DNA from: a virus
Virus record (IMG/VR): IMGVR_UViG_3300047510_002509
DNA: 64,000 nt
Strand: one strand, 5' to 3'
The position numbers and the translations under genes were made by a program. The notes beneath the pieces are model-generated. The model did no database searches. It was given only the letters and a program-made list of their open reading frames with translations, and was not told where the DNA came from. Shown one piece after another: positions 1 through 9,305 of this stretch. The stretch's first letter is position 1, and each line of letters starts with the position of its first letter.

Positions 1-1
1 C

Positions 2-397
2 AGCAAAGAAGAATGGATGCGCCATGCCGAATATGAACTTGATTTGGCTGGGGATGAGCCAGCTCTAAAAGAATTTTATTTAAAAATGGTAGATCTTTTT
101 ACAAACTATCCACACACTGAACACACTTTATATTTTATGCCAGAAGCTTTAGAAAAACTTTTTCGCCATGAAAATCTACGTCATCTAACAGAACACCCTA
201 ATGAATGGGTAAAAGTTGCAGATGATGTTTGGAGAAATAAAAGAAATCCTCGTGCATTTTCAAACGATGGGGGTATGACAACTGTTATGTTCCCAAGATT
301 TCAAGAAAACTCTACAAACAACAACATAAAACTAACTAACACCCCAGAGAATGTGCTTGAGTTGTTTAATAAACTAGGCGAAGTTAAAAACTTTTAA
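2..397 (+). CDS. Hypothetical protein, probably 5'-truncated
   Basis: Reading frame is open back to the window start, upstream of the ATG at 17. Confidence 0.6.
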   Translation, partial: SKEEWMRHAEYELDLAGDEPALKEFYLKMVDLFTNYPHTEHTLYFMPEALEKLFRHENLRHLTEHPNEWVKVADDVWRNKRNPRAFSNDGGMTTVMFPRFQENSTNNNIKLTNTPENVLELFNKLGEVKNF

Positions 398-633
398 TTA
401 GATTTAGAAGGATAGTTTTCAGCATCATCTGCCCAAAGTAGGTCGAAGATGTTTGATGGCATAGAGTCACCCTTTTTCTGGTGCGCCTTGAGATGGTCAA
501 CCATTTCTTGAGTTGATTCTGCTTTATAGAAGCTATCTATCATGTCACCAAAACTACACATAGTGCAGACCACTCCACCCCGAGCATCTGCGTAAACATA
601 AACATCATCGCTAAAAAATCTTGCGTATGCCAT
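394..633 (-). CDS. Hypothetical protein (CxxC...H)
   Basis: ORF with AGGAGA SD; MAYARF..DVYVY start resembles small phage proteins. Confidence 0.65.
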   Translation of the reverse strand: MAYARFFSDDVYVYADARGGVVCTMCSFGDMIDSFYKAESTQEMVDHLKAHQKKGDSMPSNIFDLLWADDAENYPSKSN

Positions 634-642
634 TACTGTCTC

Positions 643-891
643 CTATTTGCTTTTATTCTCTTTTGATTTTGGTTTAAATTTAGTCAGCCAAGATTTGTCA
701 GAGTATTTAACCCACTCATACACAAAGATACACCCAGCGATTAGAAGCCCGAGTGAAAGCGACTGCACGATGTAGTAAGTGCTTGGGTCAATAAGGTATG
801 TGTCCCAAGGGAAGGTATAAGCGACTACTGGAAATGCAATTACATTTCCAAATACAACTGAGATTACGATGCTTTTATATACGTTTGTCAT
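643..891 (-). CDS. Small membrane protein (2 TM)
   Basis: Two hydrophobic segments, basic C-terminus, GAAAGGA SD. Confidence 0.65.
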   Translation of the reverse strand: MTNVYKSIVISVVFGNVIAFPVVAYTFPWDTYLIDPSTYYIVQSLSLGLLIAGCIFVYEWVKYSDKSWLTKFKPKSKENKSK

Positions 892-927
892 TATGTCCTT
901 TCTAATTATTCTTTTATTGTATCGAAT

Positions 928-1713
928 TTAATTATTAGTTTCAACAATCCGAGTGTACTTAATTCCACTGCCACCATTGTCTTTAGCCCAGCCGCTGATA
1001 GAGCGTATTTCGGTTCTATCTCCTGGCTTACCGCCAGCATGAATCATCTCATCGGGGCCTACATAGATTCCAATATGGTAGGCGCTTCCGTAGCTTTTGT
1101 GGTTGAAGGACACTAAGTCGCCAATTTTTGGCTCCGTGACAAACTCACCTGAGATTCTTTGCTTTGTTGCACTATGTTCTAGGTCAATACCGAGGTGGGC
1201 GTATGTCCAGCGAACAAGCCCTGAGCAATCCCAAGACCTTGTAGTGGAGCCAGCAAATACCCAAGGGGTTATGCCAATTTGATTTTTTACTAAGACAAGA
1301 GTCTCGTTTAGGGTTTTAGTGTTTTTGGCTATTTCTTCTAGCCTAGCAATTTCTGCTTCTAGTTCGGCTTGCACTTTTGCAGCCTCTGCCTCGATGGCAG
1401 CTTGCTTACGCTCTGCGTCAGATTTGAGTTTATCTTTTGCAGCTTTTTCCTGAGCCATCCAATCTAAGGAACCAACTAGTGGTGCATCCGAGCTAAATAT
1501 GGGTCCAGCTTGGAGGACTTGTTTTTGTACAGGACCAGAAATAACAGTCTCTCTTTGTACAGGAGAGTTAATAGTTGGAGATAGTTTTGTTACTTGTCCT
1601 GAGATTACTTTGCTGTTAGCTGAGCGATCTACATCCGCTGTGGCCTCCGCGAAAGCAATCGTGGAGCTTGTCGTAATTAATCCAATAGCAATTACTAATA
1701 GAAGCTTTTTCAT
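928..1713 (-). CDS. Secreted NlpC/P60 (C40) peptidoglycan endopeptidase with coiled coil
   Basis: Signal peptide MKKLLLVIAIG; WDCSGLV catalytic Cys; GDLV; HIGIYVG...MIHA. Confidence 0.9.
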   Translation of the reverse strand: MKKLLLVIAIGLITTSSTIAFAEATADVDRSANSKVISGQVTKLSPTINSPVQRETVISGPVQKQVLQAGPIFSSDAPLVGSLDWMAQEKAAKDKLKSDAERKQAAIEAEAAKVQAELEAEIARLEEIAKNTKTLNETLVLVKNQIGITPWVFAGSTTRSWDCSGLVRWTYAHLGIDLEHSATKQRISGEFVTEPKIGDLVSFNHKSYGSAYHIGIYVGPDEMIHAGGKPGDRTEIRSISGWAKDNGGSGIKYTRIVETNN

Positions 1714-1893
1714 TTGGCGACCTACCTTTCCTTGGTAGTTAGTACTCGGTCGTTGAGTGTTGAGCTATATTCAGTTTTATAGTGGAAATTCCATTATAAG
1801 CAATTTATTATTTCTTTTTCATAAAATGAACAATAATTTTCAAATATTGAAAATGTCATTCATCTTTATGTCATTTAAACACTAGCCTAATTA

Positions 1894-2238
1894 CTACATT
1901 TCATCAAGAAAAACCTGAATAAAAGCCCTTTCTTCCTGTGAAAGTAGGTGTTTTAGCTCTAAATACTTCCTGTAATTATGCTCTCGAAAGTATACAGATT
2001 CGCCTTTTGGGGTCAGATTTATCTCTATAAGACCCTTCTGCCATAGGGTATTAGCCGTTTCTCCAACATCAGCTAATTGCATTTTCCATAGTTCTGGAAA
2101 AAGGTGCTCGCAGTCTGAAGTCACTCTATATACAGGTTCCCCTGTCTCCTCGGAAACTCCATATAACTCTATGGCACCCATCTCTAAAAAGAGATTGAAA
2201 AGATAATCTAACCTGTCTTCACTTGGATTTTCTGACAC
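1894..2238 (-). CDS. Hypothetical protein
   Basis: 114-aa ORF abutting the upstream gene. Confidence 0.65.
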   Translation of the reverse strand: MSENPSEDRLDYLFNLFLEMGAIELYGVSEETGEPVYRVTSDCEHLFPELWKMQLADVGETANTLWQKGLIEINLTPKGESVYFREHNYRKYLELKHLLSQEERAFIQVFLDEM

Positions 2239-2240
2239 TT

Positions 2241-2546
2241 TTACTCTTCTTCGTCAGCGTCAAAATCTAAGTCTTCTAGGTCCATCTCCTCTGTATTTTC
2301 GGGGTCTAATTGAAAAACTATGGTGTCTTCTAAAACATCATGTTCGGTAATAATGAGGGCTACCAATCTAATAGCTTGACGGTCTTTAAATCCAGCTTTT
2401 ATAAGTGACTTATAAAGCTCGAACATTTGCATGGCATCTTCGTCCATAGACGAAATACCAAGGTCAACCTCTAGTCTATTGAATAAATCGTTAGACTCTG
2501 ATTCACTCTTTTCCCGAGGTTCTTCGGGAGAGTTTTCCTCACTCAT
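2241..2546 (-). CDS. Acidic hypothetical protein (leaderless)
   Basis: TAAACT -10 box 6 nt before the ATG. Confidence 0.7.
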   Translation of the reverse strand: MSEENSPEEPREKSESESNDLFNRLEVDLGISSMDEDAMQMFELYKSLIKAGFKDRQAIRLVALIITEHDVLEDTIVFQLDPENTEEMDLEDLDFDADEEE

Positions 2547-2571
2547 AAATACAGTTTAGACCTGTACTTGT

Positions 2572-3651
2572 TTATCTATTTTCTCCTACATATTCGTGAG
2601 AATAAGACCAACGATTTGGGTTTAATTGCCACCTCATGTTTGCACGTTCAACAAGACCATCAGAGCGTTTCATATGGTTTTTTGATGTTGGTTTCCACAA
2701 TTTAGAAGTGTCTCTATACTCCCCCAAGCGGGGGTGAGAAGTCTTTGAAAAATATCTTTTTCCTTGATTTATATAATACTCTGCAACTGCTTCTGAAATT
2801 CTTGGACCAAACCCAAGGCCTTGATAATCAGGATGTACAACTAAACGATGCTCACGCCAAGCATTTTGTATAGTGCCAGACGGATAAGTCATTGCTGCTA
2901 CATAACCAACTAACTGTTGTTCCCAGACAGCCACGTAGCTGTGTGAGGCCTTATTGAGCTTTTCGGAGAGATAGTGGTGCGAAGCGAAGTATCCCCAAAC
3001 GCTGTTGTGGGCAGGGTATATGTCGAGTACCAGTTCAGGTCGGTGAAGATACCTTCCCGAGGTCCATTCGCCGCGGTCAGTGTCAATAACCCAATCTGGC
3101 TCAAGGAACTCAAGGATGTCGCGGTGGACAGTTGCCAATACGACTCCTTTTATGTTGTTTCGACGAATGTATTTAGACATTGAAGTTGATGCAGCTTTGG
3201 CAACATTACGGTCTACAACCGAGGTGTACTCGTCAATGACAGCACCACTTTGTAAAGATATTGCTAAGTCAGCGCGAAACTTTTGTCCATTAGATAAAAC
3301 CTGATAAGGCTTTACCCACTCGGGCACCGACATCAGCCCAGCGGCTGAAAGGCGCTCGCTGGCATCTACAGGGTCTTTAAAGTGAGATGCAATTGATTTG
3401 TTGTGGTCCCAAATTGGGACTACAGGATTTCCAAAAGATTGTAGGAGAGTTGACTTGCCTGTCCCAGAGGCACCAACGATTACTCCAATTCCAAAGTCAC
3501 TAGGAAGCTTTGGAAGAACAAACGGGTGAAAGGTTGAAAGACCGTTTGTTTCGTAATCGAAGGGACGAACTAGCTCTCGCGTAAGGCTGTCCATCTCAAC
3601 TGTGGAGGTCAAGGGGGTAGATGACCTATCTAGTTTTTGCCAACTCTCCAT
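2572..3651 (-). CDS. ABC-type ATPase fused to a GNAT acetyltransferase
   Basis: Walker A GASGTGKST, signature LSNGQKFR, Walker B VIDE; C-terminal HHYL and RLVVHPDYQGLGFG acetyl-CoA motif. Confidence 0.85.
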   Translation of the reverse strand: MESWQKLDRSSTPLTSTVEMDSLTRELVRPFDYETNGLSTFHPFVLPKLPSDFGIGVIVGASGTGKSTLLQSFGNPVVPIWDHNKSIASHFKDPVDASERLSAAGLMSVPEWVKPYQVLSNGQKFRADLAISLQSGAVIDEYTSVVDRNVAKAASTSMSKYIRRNNIKGVVLATVHRDILEFLEPDWVIDTDRGEWTSGRYLHRPELVLDIYPAHNSVWGYFASHHYLSEKLNKASHSYVAVWEQQLVGYVAAMTYPSGTIQNAWREHRLVVHPDYQGLGFGPRISEAVAEYYINQGKRYFSKTSHPRLGEYRDTSKLWKPTSKNHMKRSDGLVERANMRWQLNPNRWSYSHEYVGENR

Positions 3652-3689
3652 AGCTCCAGGCTATCAGAGAAAGTTAAAAAAGTCCAGGC

Positions 3690-4922
3690 TTAGAGCAAAT
3701 CTGACCAGCTGATTGCGCCAATTGCAGATTGAGTTCCACCAAGAGAACGAATAGCAAGAGTTAAAGAGTCACTGACAGGGACATCTGCGTTTGTACGTCC
3801 AAGCTGAAGGTCCCAGCGTTGTAGGTTGCCATCCAAAGTTACAGCGGTGTTTGCTTGATTTGATGAAGACATCAATCCTTCTAAAACAGCTATACCTCCA
3901 CTTAGACTGGTTGGAGAGATGTTGTATTCAACATTTCCAGTAGATGGGGTGTGAGATATCCATGTTCCACCAGTAACGGTTGCATTACGAAGAAGTGCCC
4001 ACTCGTAGTTGCCTTGAGCTATAGGAAGGACTGTCAAACCAGTGGGAATAATAACTGAGTCAGTTCTGCCTGTAGCCATTCTAATAGAAACCAATGGATA
4101 GTAAGAAGAGCTTACGTTTACTGTTTCACTTCTGGCAGCACTCCATGATTCAGTGTGTCTTTGGTAGCCACCATTTGAAACTACCGTAGCGCAGATTTGC
4201 TTCATAGAACTAGATGAAGAAGTTGTTCCTGTATTTTCAATTTCATATCGAATAGGTAAAGAAGCAGTTGTTATGTAGACAGAGTCAACTCTGTTTGCGT
4301 GGTTAAATTGATGAGCAACAATAAAAAGACCGTCAACAGCAAAACCTAAACGTACAGACCCCGCCCCAAGCCATTCATACTCTGAAAAAAAGATTTGAGC
4401 TTTAGTAAGGTCAAGAGCAACATCGCTAGGACCCGTGCCATTTAGTTTGTCTACATTCCATTCAGACTGTGGAATGCGAGTTTCTATTACTTCTCCAGTA
4501 ACAAAACTTCTACGAACAAAAGAAACGCTGGTTCCATCTAACTCTAGGTAGTAACCGTTTTGGCGACTAAAATATCCAGCTCTTTGTCGGAGGTTTGCTT
4601 TTGCTGGAGCAAAGACAAAAGTCTGCATAACCTGTAGAGATTTGCCAGGTTGGTAAGGAAAGACGCGTCTTGACTCGCGGGTGACCGCATCCCCAGAAGC
4701 TGTGCCAACAGTCAATATCTCTGTACTTTGGTTTGCATTGTAAGAAATAGAAGCAGTTCCTGTAGTAGTGTCACTATAGTCACCTGATGGTTTATAACGA
4801 TGTTGGGAGTCAAAAAGAGTCACTGGTTCAGAGACTTTTGTGCGTCCAAACATATCCGTGCGAAACGCGTTTATAAGATCACGAGATGGCTTGGATACGT
4901 TATTCAATGGTGACGATGACAT
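3690..4922 (-). CDS. Ser/Thr-rich beta-strand protein, probably virion-associated
   Basis: Composition; DMFGR..VSEP..LFD and YQPGKS motifs recalled from aquatic phage proteins. Confidence 0.5.
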   Translation of the reverse strand: MSSSPLNNVSKPSRDLINAFRTDMFGRTKVSEPVTLFDSQHRYKPSGDYSDTTTGTASISYNANQSTEILTVGTASGDAVTRESRRVFPYQPGKSLQVMQTFVFAPAKANLRQRAGYFSRQNGYYLELDGTSVSFVRRSFVTGEVIETRIPQSEWNVDKLNGTGPSDVALDLTKAQIFFSEYEWLGAGSVRLGFAVDGLFIVAHQFNHANRVDSVYITTASLPIRYEIENTGTTSSSSSMKQICATVVSNGGYQRHTESWSAARSETVNVSSSYYPLVSIRMATGRTDSVIIPTGLTVLPIAQGNYEWALLRNATVTGGTWISHTPSTGNVEYNISPTSLSGGIAVLEGLMSSSNQANTAVTLDGNLQRWDLQLGRTNADVPVSDSLTLAIRSLGGTQSAIGAISWSDLL

Positions 4923-4950
4923 GTATAAATTATCTCAGTAAGAAGCTATA

Positions 4951-4979
4951 TTGACTTTTAGATAGTAAGAAGGTATGAT
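4951..4979 (+). promoter_or_regulatory. Sigma-70/SigA promoter, leaderless transcript
   Basis: TTGACT-17-TATGAT, ATG 6 nt downstream. Confidence 0.8.
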
Positions 4980-4985
4980 ACATAA

Positions 4986-5306
4986 ATGGGCAGAAAGAAA
5001 AAAACGACAGAGCAAGTTGCTGCAGCCCCAAGTCCGACTGCTCACTGGATTACTTCTCAAGAAGTTGTCATTCACGGTAGGCATGTAGTCTCTGGGTCAG
5101 AACTTTCTATCAAAGGTGAGCGAGGCAGATTCAATTTCATCAGACACGTAATCAACCCAAAAACTGGTTCTGAGTGGGTAGATGTAGTGGGTGGTCCGAG
5201 CGGATATAAGACCCTGAGGTCCTTCCACGTTGATAAGATTCGTAGGGTTCACAATAAAGTCAAGACCCGTGCTGGGCGTAAGGCTAAAGGATTGGATGTA
5301 GAATAA
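4986..5306 (+). CDS. Basic hypothetical protein
   Basis: Leaderless ORF behind a consensus promoter. Confidence 0.75.
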   Translation: MGRKKKTTEQVAAAPSPTAHWITSQEVVIHGRHVVSGSELSIKGERGRFNFIRHVINPKTGSEWVDVVGGPSGYKTLRSFHVDKIRRVHNKVKTRAGRKAKGLDVE

Positions 5307-5310
5307 AACT

Positions 5311-5595
5311 ATGAAATGTCTTTGCGGATTTGACCAGATGCCCAACAATGGGCGAGTCTTGGCTAACCATGTCCAAGCATGCATGATTGACGGTCCTTGT
5401 AAGGACATTCTTCCTGTACCTACAGTTGTGTGGCGTGATGGCGGGTTCTCCGTCGTACGGGCCGCTGAAGAGGGCGAACAGACCTATGAAATCGGTCTTG
5501 TCCGTTATAACCCTCCTGTTGAGGAAGAAGAAGAAGAGGCAGTTGTTGTCGTAGAAGAAACACCTGCTGAAAAAGCCCCTGCTTCAGAGGAATAA
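5311..5595 (+). CDS. Hypothetical protein with acidic tail
   Basis: TAGAAT 6 nt before the ATG. Confidence 0.7.
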   Translation: MKCLCGFDQMPNNGRVLANHVQACMIDGPCKDILPVPTVVWRDGGFSVVRAAEEGEQTYEIGLVRYNPPVEEEEEEAVVVVEETPAEKAPASEE

Positions 5596-5620
5596 TTACT
5601 TTCTGCTGTAGGCTTTAGTT

Positions 5621-6007
5621 ATGCCTTTACACAACCATTTACTAGTAAACGGGTGGACACTTAACCCGCCGACAGAAGAAAAAGTCGTTATCGACTGGAT
5701 GCGCTCATTAGTTGAATCCATCGATATGAAGGTCATTCAAGGACCTTATGCCTCCTACGTAACAGCAGAAGGTAACCGCGGTCTAACTGCAGTAGTTATG
5801 ATCGAAACCTCTCACATCGCTATGCACATCTGGGATGAGAATAAACCTTCTAAAGTCCAGTTTGATTTGTATACATGTGGAGAGCTTCCTGTAAAACAGG
5901 TCTTAGATAATCTTGAAAGCAACCTTGGTCTTATTGACTACACCTATGTAGTTCTTGAGAGAACCGATGGATTTACAATCGAAGACTTTACAAAGCCTTC
6001 AAAGTAA
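5621..6007 (+). CDS. speD: S-adenosylmethionine decarboxylase proenzyme
   Basis: HLLV; GLTAVVMIETSHIAMHIWDE (pyruvoyl Ser); FDLYTCG. Confidence 0.85.
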   Translation: MPLHNHLLVNGWTLNPPTEEKVVIDWMRSLVESIDMKVIQGPYASYVTAEGNRGLTAVVMIETSHIAMHIWDENKPSKVQFDLYTCGELPVKQVLDNLESNLGLIDYTYVVLERTDGFTIEDFTKPSK

Positions 6008-6211
6008 TTCAGACTCGTCAACAATATCTAAAGCTTTTTCAAAGAAGACATCTTCTTGTTTCATGTAATGATGCCGACAGAAGAATAAATCCCCTGCTTC
6101 AAAACTAACTCGATAATAAGCTTGATGATTACAAACATCACAACGCTCACGCAGAGTTACATACTCAAGTGGCGTATTGTCTAATTTTATAATTTGAGTA
6201 GTTTCACTCAT
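5999..6211 (-). CDS. Small Cys/His zinc-binding protein of actinobacterial type
   Basis: RCDVC..QAY...LFFCRHH. Confidence 0.7.
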   Translation of the reverse strand: MSETTQIIKLDNTPLEYVTLRERCDVCNHQAYYRVSFEAGDLFFCRHHYMKQEDVFFEKALDIVDESELL

Positions 6212-6440
6212 GGTTCATTTGCTCGTAAATTTCTTTGCACATAGGGCAAACAGGAAATTTTTTAGGGTCTCTAGATGGAACCCAAATTTTTCCACATAGA
6301 GCCATAATTGGAGTCCCGTTTACAAGGGCTTCCATAATTTCATCTTTAGGGGCATAGTGGGCGTAGCGCTCATGGTCACCCTGCTCATAGAGCGTGCGGG
6401 TGTCCTCTTGATGCTGGGTTCCAGAACCGAGTAAGGTCAT
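6204..6440 (-). CDS. DUF3039 family protein
   Basis: HY...I.EA.V.G.P..ALCGKIWVP.RDP...PVCP.CKEIYE. Confidence 0.85.
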   Translation of the reverse strand: MTLLGSGTQHQEDTRTLYEQGDHERYAHYAPKDEIMEALVNGTPIMALCGKIWVPSRDPKKFPVCPMCKEIYEQMNHE

Positions 6441-6449
6441 ATAGAGAGT

Positions 6450-7391
6450 TTAGTACTGGACTGGAACCATCATTTCAAAAACCATGCTCTTTGGTAAAAC
6501 AGCTATATGACTGGACACATCTTCTCTTCCAAAAGATATTAGGAAGTTGTCTTTGTGATCTGTTAGCCCAGCTGCAAACTCAACCCCAGGGCGGAAAAAC
6601 TTAAAACCTTCAGAAACCGCAATAATCATGCCTTGAGAGTCATACTTAACAAAGTAGTGGACATAATCCCTTATTGCAGAAGTACTCTGAGAAAAGGTGT
6701 TGGCTGACCAGTTAGTCATATTCTTAGTGAAAGTTCTATGACAAACTCCCAAATAAGTCCCATCTCCTAAAGCAAACAAATTGCTCCCACCTCTAAGCAA
6801 AGATACCTTTGGATTGTCAGTAAAAATCTGGGTCAATAGATTGTTTTGAACGGTGGCATTTGGCCCGTAAATAAAGTCAAAGTGCTCGCTTGGCTCGTTG
6901 GGGACCATCCAGTTCTTTTCTGGTCGTTGAGCGTCCATTCCTGCCATAATCTTGTAGTCGACAACTTTTGTACATTTTGAGTCAAGCCTTGCTATGCCAA
7001 AACGTGCATATGGAAAGTCTCCCTTTTCCATAACCACAAAGCTAAAATGCCACGCATTATCGCGATAGAAAACTTTTGGGTCTTCTATGCCACGACGGAG
7101 CGCTCCAAGTTTTGATATGTCTATTTGACGCAAGTGTTTGAGCTTAAACTCTTTATCAAGTTCTGCCCACCAAACGTTAGATTTAACTACATCACCAACT
7201 GTTACGTTGAGACCGCCAGTAGCTGTGAGTAAGTAGTTTGAAGAGCGAATCGCAACGACATACTTGTTTTTATGTTTGCCAATAGATGCGTTAGTAGCAG
7301 ACCATTTATTATCTTTAGGGTCTACTAAACGACACAAATCGATTATGTGACCGCCCAAGTCTGTGACAAATGGGAACTTTGATGGGTCCAT
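6450..7391 (-). CDS. Five-bladed beta-propeller glycosidase/phosphorylase-like protein
   Basis: NASI, EDPKVF, EKNW, LRGG, VEFAAGL, ISFGRED motifs. Confidence 0.65.
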   Translation of the reverse strand: MDPSKFPFVTDLGGHIIDLCRLVDPKDNKWSATNASIGKHKNKYVVAIRSSNYLLTATGGLNVTVGDVVKSNVWWAELDKEFKLKHLRQIDISKLGALRRGIEDPKVFYRDNAWHFSFVVMEKGDFPYARFGIARLDSKCTKVVDYKIMAGMDAQRPEKNWMVPNEPSEHFDFIYGPNATVQNNLLTQIFTDNPKVSLLRGGSNLFALGDGTYLGVCHRTFTKNMTNWSANTFSQSTSAIRDYVHYFVKYDSQGMIIAVSEGFKFFRPGVEFAAGLTDHKDNFLISFGREDVSSHIAVLPKSMVFEMMVPVQY

Positions 7392-7739
7392 TTATAGTCC
7401 TGTAAAGTGTTTGACCAAAAAAGTAGTAGCAAGAGCTATCCAAAGAATGTTGAACCAAATAAGAGTTGGCATTGTTTTGATAGTTGCAGACCAAACTAGT
7501 AAAAAACTGGTTACAAGAGCAATAATATAAAGCCACCAAATAGACACACCAAACAACAAACCTGGAATAATGATTACAGCTTTTGTTGTAAAAGCAAGAA
7601 ACTCAACTGTGTTAGGTGCATTCCAATAGGCTTTGGTTCCCATTGTCTTAAGAGCTGTAGCCCACTGGAAGTGTTTACGCCAGTTGCCATCAAAAACTTC
7701 TTTGTTAGTAAAAAAGTTAGGGTCTTTGTAATTTTTCAT
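7392..7739 (-). CDS. Membrane protein
   Basis: Three hydrophobic segments. Confidence 0.7.
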   Translation of the reverse strand: MKNYKDPNFFTNKEVFDGNWRKHFQWATALKTMGTKAYWNAPNTVEFLAFTTKAVIIIPGLLFGVSIWWLYIIALVTSFLLVWSATIKTMPTLIWFNILWIALATTFLVKHFTGL

Positions 7740-9305
7740 CTACTCTTCCCTCATTAGTTTTATAAACTCATTGTGAGTTACTGATTCAGTGTCTGCAACT
7801 ACTTTTATTAAATGTTTAAAGTTGTTATACCTATGCTCCATAAAAGACCTTGTAAAAGTGTAGAACTCGAAAAGCTTACTATTTTCTACAAAATCTTTAT
7901 TTTTTAAGCCTAAGAGAATATATGACCAAGAATCAATTTCAAAGAAGTGGTGATTTAAAAAGTCATTAAGAATAAAAGCTCTTCTTTTATTTATCCCTAA
8001 ATAATGTTTTGCTTTGTCTGGGGCATTTTCCATTGTGTAATGCTCCCAAAACTCCGTGTCAGTTCTACCTCCCATATAATGAGCGTAGACAAAACCTATT
8101 GTTTCTTCTTGATAGTCTCGCCAATAAGCATTAAATTCATCAATAACAGTTTGGTCCTTTAAATACATCAACTCTGAGTTAGCCAACAAATGACTTACCC
8201 AGTTGACAATTGTTGTCCAAATAGAAGTTGCTTCTAGCGGTTCAATAAACCCTGCAGAAAGACCTACCGTATAAACATTCTTTTTCCAAGGCTCTTTTAA
8301 ATAACCAGGAGTCCAAGAGAATGATGTTTCTCTAGGCCATGTTGGTTCATACCCAAGCCATTCAATAATCTCTGCTTTTGCTTGTTCATCGTCAATCATT
8401 CGACTATTAAAGACATAGCCGCAGCCGTATCTACTTTGTAGAGGGATTTTCCACACCCATCCATACTTCATGGCAATAGCTTCCGTGTATGGAGGTATTT
8501 CTTCATCCATGTCTAAGAAAAATGGCATAGCCGCATTTACAGTTAAATGGTTTTCATGAGACACCCACTCTGACTCAAACTTCTTTGCAAAGAAGGAGTT
8601 AAACCCAGAACAGTCGAACACAAAGTCTGTTTCTATAACTTTCCCTGTTTCCATAACTAAAGTATTTACGTAGCCTTCTTCATCAGTTGTGAAGTCTTGA
8701 ACTACTCCTTCAACACGGTTGATTCCTCTTTCTTCTCCTGTTTTAGATAGAAAGGCCGCAAGCTTGCGAGCATCAAAGTGCAAAGAAAAGGAGCCCATCT
8801 TTTCAAACTGATAAATCGGGTCATCATCTGGATACAGCTCATTTGTTTTCTTTTTAAATGAAACTTTTTTAGCTTCCCCGAGTCTGCTCATAAAACACCA
8901 GTCTGCTTGAGAATCTTGTGTTTTTGCAGCCATAGTAAAAATACTTGGAGTTCCAGCTAGAAGTCTTTCAAAACTTAGCTCGGTGGCAGCGCAGTTTCCA
9001 AAAGCAACAAACGGGTGATAGAACCAATCATCTTTTCCTTCATTTCGCCAGTTTGTAAACTTAATAGACTGCTTTAAAGTTACGTCTGCTTCTTTCATCA
9101 ATTCAGAGACTGGGATTTGAAGTACATCTAAAAACTGAATTAACTGAGGAGTAGAGCCTTCTCCAGCACCAAGAATCCCGACTTTGTCGGATTCAATTAA
9201 AGTAATTCTTTTAGTTGGCAGCATGGTCTTTGCGTATAAAGCAGTAAGCCATCCAGCAGTTCCGCCACCTAAAATAGTGACATTCTTTATATCTCTAAGA
9301 TCCAT
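7740..9305 (-). CDS. Tryptophan-halogenase-family flavin-dependent enzyme
   Basis: GGGTAGW, GAGEGS, TLKQSIKF (catalytic Lys position), GWVWKIPL, GFIEPLEATSI. Confidence 0.9.
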   Translation of the reverse strand: MDLRDIKNVTILGGGTAGWLTALYAKTMLPTKRITLIESDKVGILGAGEGSTPQLIQFLDVLQIPVSELMKEADVTLKQSIKFTNWRNEGKDDWFYHPFVAFGNCAATELSFERLLAGTPSIFTMAAKTQDSQADWCFMSRLGEAKKVSFKKKTNELYPDDDPIYQFEKMGSFSLHFDARKLAAFLSKTGEERGINRVEGVVQDFTTDEEGYVNTLVMETGKVIETDFVFDCSGFNSFFAKKFESEWVSHENHLTVNAAMPFFLDMDEEIPPYTEAIAMKYGWVWKIPLQSRYGCGYVFNSRMIDDEQAKAEIIEWLGYEPTWPRETSFSWTPGYLKEPWKKNVYTVGLSAGFIEPLEATSIWTTIVNWVSHLLANSELMYLKDQTVIDEFNAYWRDYQEETIGFVYAHYMGGRTDTEFWEHYTMENAPDKAKHYLGINKRRAFILNDFLNHHFFEIDSWSYILLGLKNKDFVENSKLFEFYTFTRSFMEHRYNNFKHLIKVVADTESVTHNEFIKLMREE

